Below, piece after piece: positions 24,530-34,734 of a stretch of 64,000 nucleotides of DNA. Every line of letters starts with the position of its first letter. Positions within the stretch are counted from its first letter, which is position 1. A model generated the notes under the pieces. That model saw only the letters and a list, made by a program, of their open reading frames with translations, searched no databases and had not been told where the DNA came from. Source of the DNA: an uncultured delta proteobacterium (GTDB taxonomy: Bacteria > Desulfobacterota > Desulfomonilia > UBA1062); NCBI GenBank assembly GCA_963798485.1, contig CAWCTR010000021.1, positions 160,001 to 224,000 of the forward strand, given 5' to 3'. The position numbers and the translations under genes are program-made.

Positions 24530-24787
24530 ATGGCTGAGCTGAAAAGCATAGGTGAAAGTGAACAAAAGTTATTCCTGCTGATAAAAACAGCCATCGAGCG
24601 CGAAGTTGCTTCTCAGAAAATGTACAAAGAAGCGTTAAGCTACAACCATGATCCCTTAATACATGAGCTCCTGGCGCAGTTGTACCATGATGAAGAGCTT
24701 CATGAAAAGAAGCTCATTGTACTCTACAAGAAACTCCGCAAGGATTATGAGATAGATGGCAAACCAATTTCCAAGGAAAAAACATAA
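24530..24787 (+). CDS. Small ferritin/rubrerythrin-like protein
   Basis: AIERE....MY and DEELHE di-iron-type motifs; AAGGAG RBS. Confidence 0.75.
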   Translation: MAELKSIGESEQKLFLLIKTAIEREVASQKMYKEALSYNHDPLIHELLAQLYHDEELHEKKLIVLYKKLRKDYEIDGKPISKEKT

Positions 24788-24799
24788 AGCAGAAATCAT

Positions 24800-26065
24800 A
24801 TGCAGCGCACTCCTACGGTAAATTTAGGGAATCTTGTACTCTCCCTCTCAGATGCAATGGATCTAGCCAACCATGTACTTATACAGCATCAGCAAAGGGT
24901 ATCTTTTGTTGCATGGAAAATGGCCAAGACAGCCTTGTTATCAGATGAAAGGCTGGAGACGATCTTTATAGCAGCCCTGCTTCATGATATCGGGGCACTG
25001 TCACTGGAAGACAAGATAGCCTTACGGCTCTCTGAGACCGATAATACCGAAATGCACTGTATCCGCGGCAAGATTCTGCTCGATCATGTTCCCTGGCTCA
25101 AAGGTTCCGCAAACATTATCAGATACCATCATACCAAATGGCAGGACTGGAACGAGTCTATCGAAAACCCTATAGTTATTGACTCGCAGATACTGGCCCT
25201 TGCCGATTTTCTTGAACGGTCAATCGATCGTGATCAGTACATCCTTCATCAGCATGAGAATATTATAGAGCAGATAAAGGCAAAGACTGGAACTCTCTTT
25301 CATCCTCACATAACAGATCTCTTGCTGACTATCTGTTATCATGAAGAATTCTGGCTGGATCTGGTATCTCCCCGGTTATATCCGATTTTGCTCAATGAAG
25401 GCCCTTTCAGGAGGAGAGAAATAGATTTCTCTAATATCTCTCTCATCTCGGAGCTTTTCAGAAACATAATTGATTTCCGGTCTCGTTTTACTGCAACTCA
25501 TTCTTCTGGTGTTGCCGCATCTGCATCCATGATAGCGAAAATATTCGGTCTGACAGAAGCAGAAGTAGAACTTATGGAAGTTGCCGGTAATCTTCATGAT
25601 CTTGGAAAGCTGGCAGTACCCAACAGTATCCTTGAAAAACCCGCTCAATTGACAAAAAATGAAATGGCTGTCATTAAATCACACACATATTATACCTATT
25701 TTGTGATCAATACAATCGGCGGTCTCCAGCATATTGCAGAATGGGCTGCATATCACCATGAAAGATTTGATGGATCCGGTTATCCTTTCCATTGCAAGGC
25801 TGGAGAACTCAGCACTGGTGCAAGGATTATGATGGTGGCAGATATGTTTACCGCACTGGCCGAAGACCGTCCATATCGAAAAGGCATGTCCAAGAATGGG
25901 GTCATGGATATCATCCGGCAATTTTCTGATAGACAGATGCTGGACAAAAGAATAACCGACCTTCTCTCAGATAATTATAATGAAGTATATTCCTATATGG
26001 CTGAAAAACAGGCAGCTGCAAGAGATTTTTACGAAAGACAAACAGCATTGATTGAAGAAGTTTAG
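24800..26065 (+). CDS. Tandem HD / HD-GYP phosphodiesterase
   Basis: LHDIG and LHDLGK; HHERFDGSGYP; DRPYR. Confidence 0.9.
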   Translation: MQRTPTVNLGNLVLSLSDAMDLANHVLIQHQQRVSFVAWKMAKTALLSDERLETIFIAALLHDIGALSLEDKIALRLSETDNTEMHCIRGKILLDHVPWLKGSANIIRYHHTKWQDWNESIENPIVIDSQILALADFLERSIDRDQYILHQHENIIEQIKAKTGTLFHPHITDLLLTICYHEEFWLDLVSPRLYPILLNEGPFRRREIDFSNISLISELFRNIIDFRSRFTATHSSGVAASASMIAKIFGLTEAEVELMEVAGNLHDLGKLAVPNSILEKPAQLTKNEMAVIKSHTYYTYFVINTIGGLQHIAEWAAYHHERFDGSGYPFHCKAGELSTGARIMMVADMFTALAEDRPYRKGMSKNGVMDIIRQFSDRQMLDKRITDLLSDNYNEVYSYMAEKQAAARDFYERQTALIEEV

Positions 26066-26111
26066 TATACGTAGCACGGATCTTGTGAGTCGTTCATTCC
26101 GGATGAAAATG

Positions 26112-27266
26112 TCAGTGTTTTCTTTGACCTGATAATAACTGATGTATGGCTCCACCTACCCCGGTTACCACACCTGCGGCCGTATCCACGCCCTCCTTTC
26201 CCAGGGCAGCTGCGCCTTTTGCAACCCCGCCGATACTAACCTTGAGAAAATCTGCCATGGAGACGGCCATCCGCGTGCTTATGGCCTCGTTCAGTGAGAA
26301 TTTGGGGTTTTTGATGTCACCTTCCAGGACAAAGTCCAGTGTAATACTGTTTCCTTTGTCCTTCAGGAATGACATCACTGCTTCACGGGGAACCCCCATG
26401 AAGGTGCCCATAATCCCTTTTGATGGGGCGAGTGTCAGGTCTGAGATGGTCATCCTCCCGGGTGCCTTCAGCCTGTTATTGCGCACATCCGATTGCAGCT
26501 CGAGGTCGAGGGTGCCCTTACGAATGCCCGTATCACTCGCCTTGATGAGATAGGGCTCAATGGCCTTCATATCTACAGACCTGAGCTGCAGCTTTACTGA
26601 GGAATCTTTGGTAGAGAGATCAGCCCATCCTGAGATATCGGCTCGGCCATCCTGATGAATCCCTTTCACCTCGCCTTTGATAGTAAATCTGCTTCTGGCA
26701 TCCAGTGTTGGGACGACCATGTCGTTAATAGTCACCTGGATCTTCTCCAGCTTTATCTTCAAAGGACGCCGACCCACTGAGGCATCAAAGAACTCCACTA
26801 CGCCATCTTTCAGTACGATGTTTCCAATGGTCACTTTATAAGGGGGGGCGGCCGGTGTTGAAGGCGTTTCAGGGTTAGCCTTCTTGGACAGGAGGCTGGG
26901 GATCACCAGCAGTTTACCTGCCTTGGTCCGATAGAGAGAAAGATAGGGATTTGCTACGGTTATGGAATGGATACGATACTGCCCGGAAAAAAAACTGCGC
27001 AGGCTGGGGACTATGGTTACACGATCGGCCCGGATCGTATCGGTTGCCGGCCAATCACTCGAGCCCTTTATTCGAAGTCCCTCAATATCTACACCGGTCC
27101 AGCTCACCCGGATATCATGAATCTCACTGTCAGGGCCCAGGGCGCCCACGACCTTGCCCCTCAGGATTCCCAATGCAACCCGGAAGCCGACAACGCCGCC
27201 AACTATCAGGATGATGAGCGCCACCAGGACGATCGACCACCAATGATTTCTCTTTCCCTCAGACAT
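26112..27266 (-). CDS. DUF748/AsmA-like membrane-anchored protein
   Basis: N-terminal TM, beta-rich body, C-terminal LEGDIKNPKFS. Confidence 0.7.
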   Translation of the reverse strand: MSEGKRNHWWSIVLVALIILIVGGVVGFRVALGILRGKVVGALGPDSEIHDIRVSWTGVDIEGLRIKGSSDWPATDTIRADRVTIVPSLRSFFSGQYRIHSITVANPYLSLYRTKAGKLLVIPSLLSKKANPETPSTPAAPPYKVTIGNIVLKDGVVEFFDASVGRRPLKIKLEKIQVTINDMVVPTLDARSRFTIKGEVKGIHQDGRADISGWADLSTKDSSVKLQLRSVDMKAIEPYLIKASDTGIRKGTLDLELQSDVRNNRLKAPGRMTISDLTLAPSKGIMGTFMGVPREAVMSFLKDKGNSITLDFVLEGDIKNPKFSLNEAISTRMAVSMADFLKVSIGGVAKGAAALGKEGVDTAAGVVTGVGGAIHQLLSGQRKH

Positions 27267-27290
27267 GATGAATTCTGCTCATCTAATAAT

Positions 27291-27848
27291 CTACCTTGAA
27301 TAATAAACGGTTATACTCGATTTTGCCAGGGTATGCTGATGAAGATTAAAACCCACCATTGCCCCTGACGCGTTGGCATCGATGGGTAGTTTATCCATAT
27401 CCAGTGCATAGACAGTGAACTGGTAGCGATGTGGTTTATCCCCTGCAGGCGGACATGCCCCACCAAAACCAGGCGTGCCGAAATCCGTTCTGCACTGGAT
27501 GCTCCCTTCAGGGGCCAACCCTGATGCAGGGTCTCCGGCATTCTTGGGTAATGAAGTTATTTTTGCCGGAATATTAAGGATTATCCAATGCCACCACCCG
27601 CTGCCTGTTGGCGCATCAGGATCATAAACCGTCACAGCAAAGCTTTTGGCATTCTTGGGTGCACCTTCCCAGTTCAGGGCGGGTGATACATTTTTTCCTG
27701 TACAGCCGAAGCCTGAAAAGACCTGTTCCGCATTAAGATTTTTACCTGGCTTGAGATCAGGGCTCTTGAGCTTAAAATCTCCGGCAAAGGCAGTATATGA
27801 CACAGACGCAACAAACAAGAAAATCATGATTGCTATAATCTTTTTCAT
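27291..27848 (-). CDS. YbhB/YbcL (PEBP/RKIP-like) protein
   Basis: Signal peptide, YDPDAPTGSGWWHW, GACPP.GD.PHRY. Confidence 0.93.
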   Translation of the reverse strand: MKKIIAIMIFLFVASVSYTAFAGDFKLKSPDLKPGKNLNAEQVFSGFGCTGKNVSPALNWEGAPKNAKSFAVTVYDPDAPTGSGWWHWIILNIPAKITSLPKNAGDPASGLAPEGSIQCRTDFGTPGFGGACPPAGDKPHRYQFTVYALDMDKLPIDANASGAMVGFNLHQHTLAKSSITVYYSR

Positions 27849-27977
27849 CAAATTATCCTCCTTTTTTTGTGGTATTATCCTTAACCCCCTATGGACCTGA
27901 AGCCCCAAAAAAAAGGATTAGGGATGTATTCATTATCATATTAGGATCTTGGCAAAAAGATACAAGTAGTTCGTTGA

Positions 27978-28802
27978 TCATCCCTCGATGCAGATATCAA
28001 CGATCTCCACATCAAGGAGATTGATGGACAGGAGCCTTCCCCGCAGCGTTGTCCCTTGATTGAGAAGCACCTTTATGGCCTCAGCCACTTCAAGGCTTGC
28101 CACGAGTGCCGGTGAAAAGGAAGGGTTGCCCAGTTCTGCTTCAACACCCTTTTCCAGGGTGTATCCGCTGTAGAGCTTCTGCAAGGTCCTGTCGCCGGGA
28201 AACTGCGTGGTGACCTGGCCGTACCAGCCGGCTATGCTCCCGTGAATCAAAGGGATATTCATGGATTCGCAAACATCGGCAAGGACCAGTCGCATGGGGA
28301 TACTGTCAAGGGCATCGATCACCACGTGGGCCAGATTCAGAAGGTCTGTGCCGCTTTCTAAAGAAAAGGCCTTTTGAAGGGGAATGACCGTGACAGCAGG
28401 GTTTATCTCCCCTACCCTTTGGGCCGCAGCAGCTACCTTGGCCCCTCCCAGGGTTGTAAGGGTGGCATAGAGCTGGCGGTTCAGGTTGTGCTCTTCAAAG
28501 ACATCAGGGTCAATGACAGTAATGGTGCCGATTCCGATACGGGCCAGCTCTTCGATGATATATCCGCCCAGGCCGCCGCAGCCGACTACGGCGGCACAAC
28601 TCTTGAAGAGCCTCATTTGCTGTTGTTGGGAGATGGTTTCCCGGTTCTTTTTGTAGCGTTCAGGGAGCAAATCGATGGAGAGGATCACCTCTTCCACCTC
28701 GGCAAAGGAGAGGCCGAATTTCATGACAGCAGCTTCCTGATTGGAAAAGGTAATGAAGCCGTCTGCGGCATGGGCACGAAGGAAGTCGTGCAGCAGCTTC
28801 AT
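27978..28802 (-). CDS. ThiF/MoeB/HesA family adenylyltransferase
   Basis: GCGGLG, DPDVFEEHNLNRQ, DALDS. Confidence 0.92.
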   Translation of the reverse strand: MKLLHDFLRAHAADGFITFSNQEAAVMKFGLSFAEVEEVILSIDLLPERYKKNRETISQQQQMRLFKSCAAVVGCGGLGGYIIEELARIGIGTITVIDPDVFEEHNLNRQLYATLTTLGGAKVAAAAQRVGEINPAVTVIPLQKAFSLESGTDLLNLAHVVIDALDSIPMRLVLADVCESMNIPLIHGSIAGWYGQVTTQFPGDRTLQKLYSGYTLEKGVEAELGNPSFSPALVASLEVAEAIKVLLNQGTTLRGRLLSINLLDVEIVDICIEG

Positions 28803-29028
28803 CAACCGCCTCCGACAGGGGGGAATATGGCAAGCGTATCCCCTTCCTTCAAAGCAGTGCCGAATTCAGCGTGCCGGCTGTTGACAAAGATGATGGCAGC
28901 CTCTTTTTCAGGGATCTGAAGCATTTTGACAAGATCATGGATAATCACCATGCCTCGTCACATTCGATGGTTTTCTGGTCGAAGCGTCCAAGACGCAGCG
29001 TTGCAAAGAGTTTTACCGTTATCTTCAT
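28802..29028 (-). pseudogene. MoaD/ThiS ubiquitin-like sulfur carrier with one frameshift
   Basis: MKITVKLFATLR...CDE then, in another frame, ...IIFVNSRHA...LKEGDTLAIFPPVGGG*; span of 227 bp is not a multiple of 3; shift near 28953. Confidence 0.85.
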
Positions 29029-29054
29029 TTACAATGAGCTCGTGTACATAATAA

Positions 29055-29106
29055 TAAGGCCGTGCGCGGATGGTGCAACAATGCTGACCCGACCGGCACG
29101 GCCTTA
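29055..29106. terminator. Stem-loop between aor and moaD-like gene
   Basis: TAAGGCCGTGC...GCACGGCCTTA 11-bp arms; followed by TTATT on the minus strand. Confidence 0.5.
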
Positions 29107-29114
29107 ATGGTTCA

Positions 29115-30851
29115 TTACCAGTTAAACAGACCGTCCAGTTCTTCGTCCTTCACCTGGAAGGTGATGTTGTGGGGCCCCACAGGTTCATTGTAGAAGAACC
29201 GCGGCAGCCTGTCCTGCTCCTTGGTGAATCCTGCCTTGGCATTGAAGTCTCGCTCCATCTTGAGCACCTTCTTGCCAAGGGCCGTTACATCGTCGCCGGT
29301 GAGGTTCCAGCCATAGAAGGCGTTCAGGAGGTCGATGAGGGCCTGGAAGGTCTCAGGCTGGTCAAGCACCGCAAAGGCGATGAACAGGCACATGCCCGTG
29401 GAATCGATGGCAGCGGTTGCAATCTGGAGGTTCCGGGACAACTCCACCTGCCCTTCCGGTTTCAGCGGATCGACAAACCCGCCGTTCTTCAGGATGTTGG
29501 TCGCTATTGCATATCCGGCGGTATGGTCTGCGCCCATGGGTGTGGTGGCATATGTCACGCCTATACCCTGGATGGCCCGGGGGTCGTAGGCCGGAAGCGC
29601 CTGGTTCTTCACAACAGGTACCTTTTCCACGCCGAATACCTTTCCTGTTACTGCAGCACCGCTGCCCAGGATCTTGCCCAGCGGTGTGCCTTTGCCCACT
29701 TCCTTGATGAGCTCGATGGCGGCCTTGGCATCGCCGAACTTGGCAATGCCCGCCTGCATGGCGACTCCGATGGTGGCCCCCATCTCTATGGTGTCGAGCC
29801 CGAAGTTATCATCCATGAAGTCCATCTGGGCAATGGAATCCGGGTCATCGATGCCGCAGTTGGCGCCGTGGGCCCAGACCGTCTCATACTCGGGCTGCTT
29901 GGTGACAAAGTGGCCGTCCTTGTCCACAAAGGTGCCGGAACATCGTATCACGCAGCCGCGGTGGCAGGCGTGCGTGGCATTGCCGCCGCGCTTGGTCTCC
30001 ATGTCGGCAAAGGTCTCGCCGCTGATCTTGGAAGCGCCTGCGAACTGGCCGTCTTTGAAATTGTAGGAGGGGTAGCCCCCTGCCTCGTTGATGATGTTGG
30101 TGAGCACATTCGTGCCGTATGCGGGCAATGCCTGGCCGGTTACTGCGTGAGAGGTAAGCCCTGCCACGAACACCTTGTTGGCGGCGCGGAACTTCTCAGG
30201 ATCTTTGGGCTCGCGGTTCTTGAGCCCGGTATCATCCAATACGATGACCTTGACATGCTTGGCCCCCATCACGGCCCCTACCCCGCCTCGGCCTGCATGA
30301 CGCGTGGGACGGAGCTCGACATCGGTGATGGCAACCGAAGAAGCGGCCAGTTTCATCTCGCCTGCCGGGCCTATTGAAATGCAGGTGATCTTGTCTCCGT
30401 AAGCCTGTTTCATCTTTTCCACCAGGTCGTAATTGGGGAGCAGCTTCAGGTTGTTGTCCTTCTCGATCTTCACGCCGTCCTTGTTGATGAAGACCCTGTA
30501 GAGGTCATCACCCTCGGGCTTGCCTTCAAGGATGATGGCTGCATACCCGAGGCGTGCCAGCACTTGCGCGCCCTGCCCTCCCGAATTGGCCTCCTTGATG
30601 CCGCCGGTGAGCGGGCTCTTACACCCCACCGATATGCGGCCGGACATGGACGCAGCCGTTCCGCTGAGCAGGCCGGGCGCAATGACCAGCTTGTTCTCTG
30701 CGCCTAAGGGGTGGCACAGTGGCGGCACTTCCTTTGAAATGACGCTATCGGTCATGGCCCTGCCACCCAATCCGGCATATTCACCGAGGCCTTCAACCTT
30801 GAACTGCGGGCCACCCTTGGCCCCCATGTTGATCCTGAGTATCTTGTCCAT
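29115..30851 (-). CDS. Aldehyde:ferredoxin oxidoreductase (W/Mo-pterin)
   Basis: KSPLTGGIKEAN.GG, GRGGVGAVMG.K, C..GCVIRC, EYET, GLDTIE, YDPR. Confidence 0.94.
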   Translation of the reverse strand: MDKILRINMGAKGGPQFKVEGLGEYAGLGGRAMTDSVISKEVPPLCHPLGAENKLVIAPGLLSGTAASMSGRISVGCKSPLTGGIKEANSGGQGAQVLARLGYAAIILEGKPEGDDLYRVFINKDGVKIEKDNNLKLLPNYDLVEKMKQAYGDKITCISIGPAGEMKLAASSVAITDVELRPTRHAGRGGVGAVMGAKHVKVIVLDDTGLKNREPKDPEKFRAANKVFVAGLTSHAVTGQALPAYGTNVLTNIINEAGGYPSYNFKDGQFAGASKISGETFADMETKRGGNATHACHRGCVIRCSGTFVDKDGHFVTKQPEYETVWAHGANCGIDDPDSIAQMDFMDDNFGLDTIEMGATIGVAMQAGIAKFGDAKAAIELIKEVGKGTPLGKILGSGAAVTGKVFGVEKVPVVKNQALPAYDPRAIQGIGVTYATTPMGADHTAGYAIATNILKNGGFVDPLKPEGQVELSRNLQIATAAIDSTGMCLFIAFAVLDQPETFQALIDLLNAFYGWNLTGDDVTALGKKVLKMERDFNAKAGFTKEQDRLPRFFYNEPVGPHNITFQVKDEELDGLFNW

Positions 30852-31108
30852 GTGACCCTCCTTTGTGCTTCAGCAGACTGATTAAATTATAAGTGTCTGA
30901 GGAGGGGAGTCAATAGGCCGGAAGCGTCTAACTGATTAATTTTATTGTTTATATGTAATTGTAAGCATAATATAATGTTCATACTTTGATCGCCTATGAG
31001 TAAAGATCAGGGCGTCAAATGTACACGTAACCCGGGTAGTCATGTTTTCTTGACTCCCCTTTATCGTGCCCTGCCCAGGACTGCGAAACAGGGTCGTGAT
31101 GTAGTGCC

Positions 31109-32241
31109 CTACCCCTCCAATGCCGCTTTCAGGTCGGCAATGATGTCACCCGCGTGCTCGATTCCCACCGAGAGCCTGAACAGGGTCTCGGTGATGCCGA
31201 TGCGCATCCGCTCGTCCGCAGACATGGTGGCGTGCGAGGTGACTGCTGGTGAGCAGATGGTCGTTTCCACGCCGCCCAGGCTCACCGCAGGCTTGATGAG
31301 CCTGAGGTTCCTCACGAACCGGCCCGGGTCAAGCTTCTCAGGGTCAATGTCAAAGGAGAGCATGGCCCCGTACCCGGTCATCTGTCTCCGGGCGATATCA
31401 TGGCCGGGAAAGCCCGGCAGGCCCGGGTAGTTCACCCACATTACCTCTTTGCATCCCTCAAGAAACTTGGCGATCTTCTGGGCATTGGCCGACTGCCTCT
31501 CAACCCGTAAGGACAAGGTCTTGAGGCTCCTCTCCAAAAGGTAGCAGTCCTGTGCGTTCAGGCTCCCGCCCAGGTGACGCGCCAGGGCGCGGACAACCTC
31601 CGCCTTCTCCTTCGAGGCAAGCACGGCCCCGCAGCACAGGTCGCTGTGCCCGCCTAGATACTTGGTGCCGCTGTGCACCACAATATCGATTCCGAGCGCA
31701 ATAGGGTTCTGGAGGATGGGCGAGGCAAAGGTGTTGTCGATGATGGTAATGATGCCTTTTGACCTGGCGAACCCCGCTACCTCCCTGATGTCTATGATGA
31801 CTGAGCAAGGGGTTGGTGGGCGATTCGATGACCATCACCCGGGTATCTTTGGTGGCTGCCCGGCACACGGCCTCTGCATCCGTTGCAGCAAAGCAATGGC
31901 TGATGCCCAGGTCTCATGAAGTCGTCCGTGGCAAAGGAGTGGGTCCCTCCGTAGAGCTCGTCCATGAGCACCACGTGGTCGCCCGCCTTCGCGAATGCCA
32001 GTATGGCCGTGCTCATGGCCGCCATGCCCGAGCTGAACAGAACCCCTGCCTCTGCGCCCTCCAAGGCGCAGAGCTTGCCCACCACTGCCTCCTGGTTTGG
32101 GGTGTTGAAATAGCGCGGGTACGTCGCCTTTTCCCGGTCAAGGTAGGAGGTGGCCGACGAGGTGAAGATGGGGGTGTTGATGCCCCCGGTGATATCGTCC
32201 CGGTATGTCCCGCTATGCACGCAAAGGGTTTCCTTTTTCAT
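31109..32241 (-). pseudogene. Cys/Met-metabolism PLP lyase (cystathionine gamma-synthase/beta-lyase family) with two frameshifts
   Basis: YPRYFNTPN, FSSGMAA, ESPTNP, DNTFASP, HSGTKYLGGHSD and SLGGVET are spread over three frames; shifts near 31912 and 31800. Confidence 0.88.
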
Positions 32242-32363
32242 GGTTCGCTTCCTCCTGAGTACAGCATACATGAACCCGCGGGTGATTTCCATGTACAGGA
32301 GGGGTGAAATATCAGATGAACAGTTATATTGCAGTGGTTTATAAATAATAATAGCATATTGTT

Positions 32364-32443
32364 TTGCACTCAATATCCGGATATACTGCAATTGCGCTTC
32401 GGATAATAATGGGGATATGCTGCAAAAGTTGCAGTATGTTAAT
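32364..32443 (+). repeat. ~80-bp attI-like leader, copy 1 (eroded)
   Basis: Inverted near-copy of 58298-58377; first 31 nt identical (TTGCACTCAATATCCGGATATACTGCAATTG). Confidence 0.8.
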
Positions 32444-32477
32444 GCAGAAAACATGACCAACCAGGGCTAAGATCAAA

Positions 32478-32840
32478 ATGAAGATGACAAGAAAATTTAG
32501 TGGAATCATTTATGAACTCTTGTCACAAAAAAATAGACCTGAAGACATTGTTCTTCTCATTGAGAAGGCACTGCAAATAGAGTCAATTCGGCAAGGTAAA
32601 TATAATCTTGGGTTGGAACTCTATAGGATGGCGTATAGCGGTGAGACATCTTTTTTAGTTTCAGATTACCCTTTTTTCAAATTACGTCCTGGTGTTGATG
32701 ATTCAAGATACCCTGCAAAAGGTTTTGTTGCATCTGCCGCTGGACTTGAGGCTGCAAAAGAGTTCATCGATATCAGGGATATTGCAAAAGAACTCAACCT
32801 TGAAGAAGACCGACTTGTACTGGTTATCAATTCGGACTAG
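32478..32840 (+). CDS. Hypothetical protein (cassette-like)
   Basis: 120-aa AT-rich ORF directly after the leader; no motif recognised. Confidence 0.5.
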   Translation: MKMTRKFSGIIYELLSQKNRPEDIVLLIEKALQIESIRQGKYNLGLELYRMAYSGETSFLVSDYPFFKLRPGVDDSRYPAKGFVASAAGLEAAKEFIDIRDIAKELNLEEDRLVLVINSD

Positions 32841-32845
32841 CTGAG

Positions 32846-33479
32846 ATGACTGATGTATTTATTCAGCGAGGTGCATTAAAAATTGGAATTAAACCACGTA
32901 GTCAAAAAATACTAAAAATGCCTCCACGTTCATATCCTGTGACTGACAATGAACGAAGGTCTGCATTGACACGGGGCCAAAAACCACCCATAGAAGAAGT
33001 AGGAACCAAACAAAGCAACAAAAAGAATCTAAATAAAAATCCTGGGCAGAAGTTTGATAACCCTTTATATGCAAAAGTAAGAACAGATTCGGAATCAAAT
33101 AAAGAAAATAAAGATATTACTCGAAAACTGCACGAAGCAACCATAGAGTCAATAATTTCACGAAATCTCGAGTTGATAGAAAAAGGGCTTGAGCTTATTC
33201 AAAGGCAATTTGTTTGCTCTGGTATCGGAAGGATGATCAACTTTGTAAGGACAGATCTTCAAATTTAGCGTGATCGAATTGAAGGGTTTCGGGACTAAAC
33301 AAGATACAATAATAGACCAGATAACGAGATACATGGGGTGGATCAAGGCACATATGGCTCAAGGAAATCAAAAAGTCCGAGGTTTTATTGGCGTACCTAA
33401 GGTAGATGAGAGATTAGTGTACGCTGTTGGGGCTATTCCTAACGTCGAAATAAAGACATTCAATATTTCTTTTCCTTAA
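32846..33479 (+). pseudogene. NucS-like PD-(D/E)xK endonuclease domain, frameshifted
   Basis: IESII..NLELIE.GL....RQF...GIGR / DQLCKD / VIELK....TIIDQITRYMGW...VRGFI across three frames near 33235 and 33269. Confidence 0.7.
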
Positions 33480-33509
33480 ACTTTCATAATAGGAAATCCA
33501 TACGAGATT

Positions 33510-33630
33510 AGGTAAATGGACTATAGCTATCAGTATTTTTAACAGGGGCTATCAAAAGGCGGGAAATTAGGGTGGGAAATTAGGGTCAGAGACGATTTTT
33601 CAGAGGTAAATGGAATAGATTTATTTTCTG
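33510..33630. repeat. Short repeat cluster (REP-like)
   Basis: GGGAAATTAGGGT twice in tandem; AGGTAAATGGA twice. Confidence 0.45.
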
Positions 33631-33634
33631 AATG

Positions 33635-33727
33635 CGCTAATAAAGGCTGCACAAGGACAGCCAGGTCGTATCAGTGTTAAGTTAAAAATCCAACTGGTCC
33701 TGGCGGAACGTGATCCGCGAATCAGGC
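33635..33727 (+). other. Degenerate attC site
   Basis: CGCTAAT-aaag-GCTGCAC..GGAC.GCCAG...CCAACT.G.CCTGGC...GTGA.CCGC..ATCAGGC; collinear with the intact attC at 54732-54830. Confidence 0.65.
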
Positions 33728-33746
33728 ACCATAATTCGAGGCTAAG

Positions 33747-34100
33747 ATGTTTGAACGAAAACATGAAAAACTTGCTCCCATGCCGGTTTTTGTCAGAAGG
33801 ATGGCCGCGTCTGTCGCGATGGCAGGTATCTTGATTGCCGTTGCTTTATCCATAGGTATCTCAGGCTATCATTGGCTGGCGGGATTTGGCCTCGTTGATT
33901 CTTTTTTGGAGGCGTCTATGATCCTTGGGGGAATGGGACCGGTCAATCCGCTTGCTACGACCGGGGCTAAATTATTTGCATCTGTATATGCGCTTTTCAG
34001 CGGGCTGGTCTTTATAGCGATAATGGGCATTGTCCTTGCCCCGGTAACCCATCGGATGCTGCATAAATTTCATATTGATGAAGAGGACCTGCAGCAGTGA
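33747..34100 (+). CDS. Small membrane protein, 2TM/pore-loop-like
   Basis: Two TM helices flanking DSFLEASMILGGMGP. Confidence 0.75.
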   Translation: MFERKHEKLAPMPVFVRRMAASVAMAGILIAVALSIGISGYHWLAGFGLVDSFLEASMILGGMGPVNPLATTGAKLFASVYALFSGLVFIAIMGIVLAPVTHRMLHKFHIDEEDLQQ

Positions 34101-34187
34101 TGCCTCACCATGTCATTCATTTTATAACAAAGATAGTAACACTCTGATCAAGGCTTCTGTTATAATATCCTAACATAGGAGGCTATC

Positions 34188-34469
34188 ATGCAATGGTCGG
34201 AAATACGCAAGGCTTATCCCAATCAGTGGCTTGTTGTGGAAGCCTTGCAGGCTCACACAACCCCTGATAACCGTCGGCTTCTCGATAAGATTGCCGTTGT
34301 CGAACATTGCAATGACGGTAGCGCTGCAATGGATAGTTACCGCCGTATTCACCAACAATATCCAGCCCGTGAGTTTTATTTTGTCCATACAAGCCGGGAA
34401 GAACTCGATATACGTGAACAGCAATGGTTAGGTATTCGGAGAAGCCATGCACGTACCGTTGAAGGATAA
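34188..34469 (+). CDS. Hypothetical protein
   Basis: AGGAGG RBS; MQWSEIRKAYPNQWLVVE. Confidence 0.75.
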   Translation: MQWSEIRKAYPNQWLVVEALQAHTTPDNRRLLDKIAVVEHCNDGSAAMDSYRRIHQQYPAREFYFVHTSREELDIREQQWLGIRRSHARTVEG

Positions 34470-34545
34470 CCTCCCTTTCACTACGGTTACTATTTCTTAC
34501 AAGGGAGATACCATTGATATACCCAAGATTCTATTGACAGGCTGG
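34447..34545 (+). pseudogene. Truncated retropepsin-like aspartic protease
   Basis: LKDNLPFTTVTISYKG..I.IPKIL followed by a damaged DTG motif (ATTGACAGGC), after which resemblance ends. Confidence 0.5.
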
Positions 34546-34586
34546 AAACAAACCAGATCTCGTATACGAGTGATAATAGCTAAACG

Positions 34587-34648
34587 GCCCGACAAACGAA
34601 ATCAGGGGACCGGGGCTAGCTCCCCTACGTTGATTATGGTCGTCCAGT
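34587..34648 (+). other. Degenerate attC-like site
   Basis: GCCCGAC...AATCAGGGGA...TCCCCT.cg.TTGATT...cGTCCAG; imperfect palindrome with a mutated core at each end. Confidence 0.4.
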
Positions 34649-34678
34649 ATCACTTCAAAGGAACCTCCCCAAAAAGAA

Positions 34679-34717
34679 TTGACATCGCACGTTAATGTGA
34701 TTACAATGTGATTACAT
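34679..34717 (+). promoter_or_regulatory. Sigma-70 promoter and likely operator of the TA pair
   Basis: TTGACA-17 nt-TACAAT, overlapped by tandem AATGTGATTAC repeats. Confidence 0.8.
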
Positions 34718-34734
34718 CGGGAGGTGTCCAAACC

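Noticed and set aside
28940-28965. Selenocysteine readthrough or programmed frameshift at the TGA in the moaD-like gene
   Set aside because: The conserved C-terminus is in a different frame and no slippery sequence is evident.
29169-30377. 402-aa plus-strand ORF (and the similar 365-aa ORF at 47781-48878)
   Set aside because: Antisense to AOR and atpD respectively; no motifs, explained by codon bias.
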